NCBI GenBank assembly: GCA_963665275.2
Contig: CAXXIN010000015.1
Span: 1 to 64,000 of the forward strand
Length of the DNA stretch: 64,000 nucleotides
Reading direction: 5' to 3'
Origin: Negativicutes bacterium
Lineage (GTDB): Bacteria > Bacillota > Negativicutes > UBA1444
Positions 58,380 to 64,000 of the stretch are shown one piece after another (within the stretch, counting starts at the first letter, position 1; each line of letters starts with the position of its first letter). The notes beneath the pieces are model-generated. The model searched no databases. It was not told the DNA's origin and saw only the letters and a program-made list of their open reading frames with translations. A program made the translations under genes and the position numbers.

Positions 58380-60677
58380 CTACTTCTTTGGTTCCAATGT
58401 CATATGGCATTTGGGACAGTTGCCGGGCTTTTCCTGTTGCACCTCCGGATGCATCGGGCATGTGTACACAACCTTCTTTTCAGAACCGCTTTCGTTACTC
58501 ATGATTTTGCTCCTTTCATCCTCAGATTCAAGATTGACCGCTCGCAGTCGCAAAGCATTGCTGATGACCGAGACAGAACTCAGACTCATGGCTGCACCGG
58601 CGAAAATCGGGCTGAGCAGCAGGCCGAAAAATGGGTAAAGCACCCCTGCCGCCACCGGAATCCCCAGCGCGTTGTAGATGAAGGCAAAAAACAGGTTCTG
58701 CCGAATGTTCCCCATGGTCGCGCGGCTAAGACGGATGGCCTTGGCAATGCCGCGGAGGTCGCCTTTCACGAGGGTGATGCCGGCGCTTTGCATGGCCACA
58801 TCGGTGCCGGTCCCCATGGCAATGCCGACCTCCGCTTCGCTGAGGGCGGGTGCGTCGTTGATGCCGTCACCGGCCATCGCCACATGCTTGCCTTCCGCGC
58901 GAAGCTTCTTGACATGGGCGACTTTTCCGGCGGGGTCGATCTCCGCCTCCATCGCATCGATATTGAGTTGTTTCGCCACCACGTCGGCAGTACGCCGATT
59001 ATCGCCGGTAAGCATGACAACTTCCAACCCGAGCGCGTGGAGGTCGTGGATCGCGTCGATCGTGGTCGTTTTGATCGGGTCTGCGACGGCAAGGATTCCT
59101 GCCGGTTTGCCATCGATAGCGACGAACATCGCAGTCTTGCCTTCTTCTTGAAGTTTCGCAACCGAGGCCTCAAACGGCTCCAGGCCGGAGATCTTTTCCG
59201 TTCGCAGGAAATCCGGTTTGCCGACCAGCACCGCATGACCAGCGACATTGCCGATAACGCCGCCCCCTGTGACCGAACGAAAGTCTTTCACATCTCCGAA
59301 AGCAATTCCCTGCGCTTTCGCTCCCTGCACGATCGCGGCGGCGAGCGGGTGTTCGCTGCTCTGCTCCAACGAAGCAGCAAGATTCAGGAACTCCTTTGCG
59401 TCAAAACCGGTGGCAGGCAAGACGTCCACGAGCTTTGGCTTACCCTCCGTGAGAGTGCCTGTCTTGTCCACAACGAGTGTAGTGACTTTTTCCAACCGCT
59501 CGAGCGCCTCGGCGTTTTTCACGAGCACTCCTGCCTGCGCGCCGCGACCGACACCGACCATGATGGACATGGGCGTGGCCAGGCCGAGGGCGCACGGGCA
59601 GGCGATGATGAGAACCGCGACAGCGTTCACGATAGCATGCGCAAGTTTGGGCTCCGGTCCAATCCACATCCATATGGCGAAAGTAACCACCGAAACTGCC
59701 ACCACCGCTGGCACAAAAATGCCCGCAACCTTGTCGGCGAGACCTTGAATGGGTGCTCGGCTGCGCTGGGCCTCCGCGACCATGTTTACGATCTGTCCGA
59801 GCAGCGTATCACTGCCAATCCGCTCGGCGCGCATGACGAAACTGCCGGGTCCATTGACTGTGCCGCCCGTCACCTTGTCGCCGACGGTTTTTTCCACCGG
59901 CAGCGGTTCGCCGGTGATCATGGACTCTTCCACGCTTGAATGGCCCTCGACTACCGAACCGTCAACGGGCACTTTGTCACCTGGAACCACACGCAGCAAG
60001 TCACCGACTCTTACCTGCTCGAGCGGGACTTCGTGATCTCCCCCCGGTTCGACCTTTCGCGCCGTAGGCGACGCCAGGTTAAGCAACGCCTTGATGGCAC
60101 TGCCTGTGCGGCTGCGAGCGCGGAGTTCGAGCACTTGCCCAAGAAGCACCAGCACGACGATCACTGCCGCGGCCTCAAAGTAGATGTCGACCTTGCCCTC
60201 ATGCTGCATCGTGTGCGGAAACAGGCCGGGCATTAGCATCGCTATGGCGCTAAAGATGAATGCTGCCCCCACACCCATGGCGATCAGCGTAAACATGTTC
60301 AAGTTGCGCGTTACTATCGAGTTCCAACCGCGTTGGAAGAATGGCCACCCGGCCCACCAGACCACCGGCGTGGCAAGTGCAAATTGCAGCCAGCGCGAGG
60401 TGTGGCTATCTGCCCAGGGCAGAGCGGCCAGTGCCGGGACAATGTGAGCCATCGCCATAACAAACACAGGCAGCGTCAGTGCGGCGCCGATCCGAAAGCG
60501 CTTTGTCATGTCGAGAAGTTCAATGTTCTCCTCGTCATCCGCTCCCGCTGTCGCCGTCTTAAGTTCCAATGCCATACCACACTTGGGGCAATAGCCGGGA
60601 TGGTCCTGTAGAACTTCAGGATGCATCGGGCAAGTATATACTTTTTTACCTGAGGCAGGCACGACAGCTGTCACCAT
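58380..60677 (-). CDS. copA: Cu(I)-exporting P1B-1 ATPase with YTCPMHP metal-binding domains at both termini
   Basis: [36 protein letters not shown]. Confidence 0.95.
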   Translation of the reverse strand: MVTAVVPASGKKVYTCPMHPEVLQDHPGYCPKCGMALELKTATAGADDEENIELLDMTKRFRIGAALTLPVFVMAMAHIVPALAALPWADSHTSRWLQFALATPVVWWAGWPFFQRGWNSIVTRNLNMFTLIAMGVGAAFIFSAIAMLMPGLFPHTMQHEGKVDIYFEAAAVIVVLVLLGQVLELRARSRTGSAIKALLNLASPTARKVEPGGDHEVPLEQVRVGDLLRVVPGDKVPVDGSVVEGHSSVEESMITGEPLPVEKTVGDKVTGGTVNGPGSFVMRAERIGSDTLLGQIVNMVAEAQRSRAPIQGLADKVAGIFVPAVVAVSVVTFAIWMWIGPEPKLAHAIVNAVAVLIIACPCALGLATPMSIMVGVGRGAQAGVLVKNAEALERLEKVTTLVVDKTGTLTEGKPKLVDVLPATGFDAKEFLNLAASLEQSSEHPLAAAIVQGAKAQGIAFGDVKDFRSVTGGGVIGNVAGHAVLVGKPDFLRTEKISGLEPFEASVAKLQEEGKTAMFVAIDGKPAGILAVADPIKTTTIDAIHDLHALGLEVVMLTGDNRRTADVVAKQLNIDAMEAEIDPAGKVAHVKKLRAEGKHVAMAGDGINDAPALSEAEVGIAMGTGTDVAMQSAGITLVKGDLRGIAKAIRLSRATMGNIRQNLFFAFIYNALGIPVAAGVLYPFFGLLLSPIFAGAAMSLSSVSVISNALRLRAVNLESEDERSKIMSNESGSEKKVVYTCPMHPEVQQEKPGNCPKCHMTLEPKK

Positions 60678-60852
60678 AGCTACAGTCTCCTTTCAGGCAA
60701 GACCGATAACACGCTATATTATAAAGCAATTCCAAAAAAGCGATAGTCGATATACATTAATATCCAATTATTAGTTTATGTCAAAATAACGCACAATTCA
60801 TTAGAACGATGAAATAAATCTTCGTTAAAAAACAGGACTAGTTTTGTTCAGA

Positions 60853-60897
60853 TGTACAAGATTGCCCGAGATTATGCAACACGGGCAATCTTGTACA
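60853..60897. repeat. 16-bp inverted repeat upstream of copA
   Basis: tgtacaagattgcccg ... cgggcaatcttgtaca. Confidence 0.5.
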
Positions 60898-61135
60898 GAG
60901 CTTGGGCCGGTGTCGAACAACCTTCCAGCTATCGACAGGCAGATATCTATGCCAAATAAGTCGACGAATTACCACCTTACCTGTTCCGGCATTTCCATCA
61001 TGAAATTCCGTTATGGTCTCGGAGTATCCGTGGGCTTATTGCCTGTGTATTAATGATTCCCTCCCAATGCTTAGCGCAAGGAACGCCCGGAAGATGCTTC
61101 CGGACGTTCTAAACTCCTATTCTGTTGTCAATCCG

Positions 61136-61447
61136 TTATTTCCCAAGCACAGGTACGTTTCCCTGTGGCCCTGCAGGCATCATCGGATTCATTTTCCCTT
61201 GCTGCATCATCGGGTTGGCTTGATTGCCGCCGTTCATCATCTGATCCATGTTCTTTTTCATTTGATCAGCTTGTTCTTGCGTCAAGATTCCCGCCTTGAC
61301 ATTGGTGTCCAACATCTGCTGTCGCAGTGCCGGGTCAGAGCAAGGCATCCCACTGGGCCCTTGCGCTGCCATCGCTATGCCTGCAACTCCCAGAACGCCA
61401 AGGATCAGAGCCACGGTCAGAATCAAACCTGTTTTTTTATTGAACAT
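61136..61447 (-). CDS. Small secreted Met-rich DUF2680-like protein
   Basis: Signal peptide; V.AG.LTQEQAD.M motif; Met-rich tail. Confidence 0.7.
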   Translation of the reverse strand: MFNKKTGLILTVALILGVLGVAGIAMAAQGPSGMPCSDPALRQQMLDTNVKAGILTQEQADQMKKNMDQMMNGGNQANPMMQQGKMNPMMPAGPQGNVPVLGK

Positions 61448-61491
61448 TTTGTTTTCCCCCTCTTTGTTTATGAGCCAATCATATCAATGAA

Positions 61492-61521
61492 TTATGAAGA
61501 ACTTATGAAGAAGTTGTGAAG
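61492..61521. promoter_or_regulatory. Three direct repeats with 11-bp period (OmpR/PhoB-type box)
   Basis: TTATGAAG 61492, TTATGAAG 61503, TTGTGAAG 61514. Confidence 0.6.
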
Positions 61522-61654
61522 GACTGATGTTGTTTTTTTACCGTTGATTGTATTGTATTGTGCCTCGTTTTGCACAATGATAAAATGATATTATAAATTA
61601 TCGCAATATTTCGCCAATAATAGCATTTCCCGCTCAAAAGATGGAGGTGAGAAC

Positions 61655-62116
61655 ATGAGTGTCGGTTTTTTAGCAATGCCTCACGTGGTGTTCGGCGTCT
61701 GGGGTCTATTCGTCGCTTTGTGGCTTATCGCTGAAGTCGTCAATATCAGTGAAAAGAATCTGAGCCGAATAAAAACGGCGAGCTGGGTTCAGGCCATTTT
61801 CGAATGGATTTCATTTTTGTCCGGAGGTTGGTGGTATTACACTTACTATGCCTCTGAAAAGGCAATCATCCTCAAAGGATCCTTTCCTCAGGGCCATAAT
61901 TTTTTCATGGAAACCAAGGAACATATTTTTTTGGTTTTGCTGCTACTCAGCACATTCATCCCCATCATTGCCTATCAAAACAACCTGCTCACCAACGCAC
62001 CTGCGCGAAAACTCATCATCGTTACGGCTTCGCTTCTGATTATCCTCGGTTTTGTAATGGAAGGGTCCGGTTCCCTGATCGTGCAGGCAGTAAAAATGGG
62101 CTTGGGAGGTAAATGA
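61655..62116 (+). CDS. Four-TM hypothetical protein with H..FMETKEH motif
   Basis: RBS GGAGGTG, four hydrophobic segments. Confidence 0.7.
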   Translation: MSVGFLAMPHVVFGVWGLFVALWLIAEVVNISEKNLSRIKTASWVQAIFEWISFLSGGWWYYTYYASEKAIILKGSFPQGHNFFMETKEHIFLVLLLLSTFIPIIAYQNNLLTNAPARKLIIVTASLLIILGFVMEGSGSLIVQAVKMGLGGK

Positions 62117-62117
62117 C

Positions 62118-62420
62118 ATGTTGAGTAAAATGACGGTTGGTTTTGGTCTGTCAACGGCTGTTATTTCCGTCGCCACGGCTCTCCTACTGATTTTCAAGGA
62201 GACTGCCCCTCCGTTCAAGGCCTGGATGGCTGCGTTGACCACCCACCACTGGGTAACTCATGGAGTATTTGTCGTTGTGGGTTTTATCGTTCTGGGCTTT
62301 GCATTTTCACAGACAGACCTGCAGAAAAAATTTGACGGAGACAACTTATCGAACTACATCATTGGATCCGTAATACTATCCTTCCTGCTGACCTACGGTT
62401 TCTACTCGACACACCTGTAG
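62118..62420 (+). CDS. Three-TM hypothetical protein with HHWVTH motif
   Basis: RBS GGAGG, starts 1 bp after the upstream gene. Confidence 0.7.
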   Translation: MLSKMTVGFGLSTAVISVATALLLIFKETAPPFKAWMAALTTHHWVTHGVFVVVGFIVLGFAFSQTDLQKKFDGDNLSNYIIGSVILSFLLTYGFYSTHL

Positions 62421-62611
62421 ACCACCAGGAAGCGGTCCACTATTTCTCCAAACAGGCATTTTGGTGTTCTCATCCCAAAATCCCATCACTGATCGCCTGT
62501 GGTCTGGGGCGGCGCATTCCATGGAGGGGACTCTTTTTTTATCCAGCGATTTTACGAGGCAAAGCGAGTGATATGGATTCAGAAAGAAATTGATGTGAAG
62601 GAGGAATTTTC

Positions 62612-63985
62612 GTGACGAACCGATGGGCAGTAATCCTTCTGATTGCCTTCTTCTTTGGGCTGACACCTGTCTATGCGGCGAATATTTCCCTTGATCTGCA
62701 GGAAACGATGTGGGAACTCAAACCTGGACTGTCAACAAAGGTATGGAGTTACAATGGCGCAGTACCTGGTTTTCCGATTGTAGTCGCTGAAGGGGAACGA
62801 GTCGTAGTGGATGGCGTCAGCCACCTGCCCGTGACTACGAATATACACTGGCATGGACTCCTGGTCCCCAACGATCAGGACGGTCCCAGCCGGATCATCG
62901 CGCCGGGGGATTCGTTCCACTATGAATTCACAGCAACCGAAGCCGGCACGTACTGGTATCACTCTCATTTTCGCCCGGTACTCACACAGGTCGATATGGG
63001 CCTGTACGCTCCCTTCATTGTGAAAACAGCAACAGACAATCAGTATAGCGGCGATCATGTGCTGATACTCGATGATTGGTATCTGGACTCCAATGGGAAC
63101 CGGCTCTCCGGCACGGCCCGAGGCGATATGGAACGCTATGGCAACATCGAAACCGTAAATGGCAAAACTGGACCTGCGATTGAACCCTTGATTTTTCAGT
63201 CGGGGGAACTGCACAAAATTCGGTTTATCAATGCTTCCACGGCGGCGGTGCACACGCTGCGCATCACGGGTCATCAGTTTCGCGTCACTCACACCGATGG
63301 TCACCCTCTGGTTGAAGACTACTTGACGGATATGGTGACCCTGTCGCCTGGCGAGCGCCTGGACGTAGAAGTGGGAGCTGCCGGTGAGATCGGCAAAAAT
63401 TATGCCATCCAGAGCGACCGCAGCGAATTGGGCCTGCTGGTGCCGATCCGTTATCGGGAAGGCCAGGCGCCTCTGGTTGTCTCGCCTTTCCTGCGTGCTA
63501 CCCCGCGGCCTTTTCCAGGAATCGAAAGTAAAAAACCGGACTTTGTCCTGGAACTGAACTCTGGCATGAACATGGGTGGTATGATGGGCAGCGGTGGCAT
63601 GATGGGCGGACATCAGGGTCATGGGACATCGACGTCAGCGAATAACAGCATGATGCGATGGACCATCAATGGCAAGTCTTTTCCGGATGTCGATCCCCTA
63701 CCGGTTACTGTCGGCCAGGTCGTCAAAGTCCGTTTCTGGAACAAAGACACCATGGGCATGCACAGGATGGACCATCCGATGCACATCCACGGCGCCTATT
63801 TCCAAGTCGTTTCCCTGAACGGACAACGCCCGCCGCGTGAAATGTGGAAAGACACAATTAATGTACCAGCCGGACAATATGTCGACGTGGCCTTTGTGAT
63901 GAAGAATGTGGGGGACTGGATGCTTCACTGCCATATTTTGGACCATGAAGACGGCGGTATGATGACGATGGTCATCGCAAAATAG
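62612..63985 (+). CDS. Multicopper oxidase (three-domain, Met-rich insert)
   Basis: HWHG, WYHSH, HPMHIHG, HCHILDHEDGGM; Sec-type signal peptide. Confidence 0.94.
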   Translation: MTNRWAVILLIAFFFGLTPVYAANISLDLQETMWELKPGLSTKVWSYNGAVPGFPIVVAEGERVVVDGVSHLPVTTNIHWHGLLVPNDQDGPSRIIAPGDSFHYEFTATEAGTYWYHSHFRPVLTQVDMGLYAPFIVKTATDNQYSGDHVLILDDWYLDSNGNRLSGTARGDMERYGNIETVNGKTGPAIEPLIFQSGELHKIRFINASTAAVHTLRITGHQFRVTHTDGHPLVEDYLTDMVTLSPGERLDVEVGAAGEIGKNYAIQSDRSELGLLVPIRYREGQAPLVVSPFLRATPRPFPGIESKKPDFVLELNSGMNMGGMMGSGGMMGGHQGHGTSTSANNSMMRWTINGKSFPDVDPLPVTVGQVVKVRFWNKDTMGMHRMDHPMHIHGAYFQVVSLNGQRPPREMWKDTINVPAGQYVDVAFVMKNVGDWMLHCHILDHEDGGMMTMVIAK

Positions 63986-64000
63986 ACAAAGGAGGAAAAC

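Noticed and set aside
58338-59939. 533-aa plus-strand ORF
   Set aside because: Antisense shadow of GC-rich copA; no motifs or RBS.
1-64000. CRISPR arrays, tRNA/rRNA genes, transposases, integrases
   Set aside because: None recognised. The repeats seen are terminators, operators or intragenic duplications.

Overview
64-kb chromosomal window from an anaerobic Bacillota genome, probably Negativicutes/Sporomusales-like (inferred from gene content). Almost all genes are on the minus strand. In order: (1) a type IV pilus locus (pilB-pilT-pilC-pilA ... four minor pilins) interrupted by a small integrase-less replicon-like element (MerR-like HTH gene, P4/D5-type primase-helicase, candidate iteron origin) and toxin-antitoxin debris; (2) core genes (uxaA, HD protein, c-di-AMP riboswitch-nlpC, GT2, aroH, ahbD/ahbC); (3) an indel-dense stretch at 21.6-24.7 kb (HK/RR, thioredoxin, nitroreductase, aconitase remnant), possibly sequencing error; (4) a LysR-controlled ICL-family lyase/DASS transporter/aconitase/PrpF catabolic operon; (5) rnpB, yhaM, gntP, glxK, tdh; (6) a ~15-kb sigma54/AcoR-driven operon; (7) a SAM riboswitch-metQ unit; (8) a copper island (copA, multicopper oxidase, Met/His-rich unknowns). 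The most striking system is (6). It encodes acetoin dehydrogenase E1/E2 (acoABXC) but no E3. Instead it carries a CxxC AhpD/CMD protein, two LbpA-type lipoyl carriers, an atypical FAD oxidoreductase coupled to an HdrD-like CCG protein, and both lipoate assembly routes (LipA and LipS1/LipS2/LipT, plus two ligases). This suggests an undescribed E3-independent way of reoxidising dihydrolipoamide. All calls come from motif recognition by eye; no searches were run.
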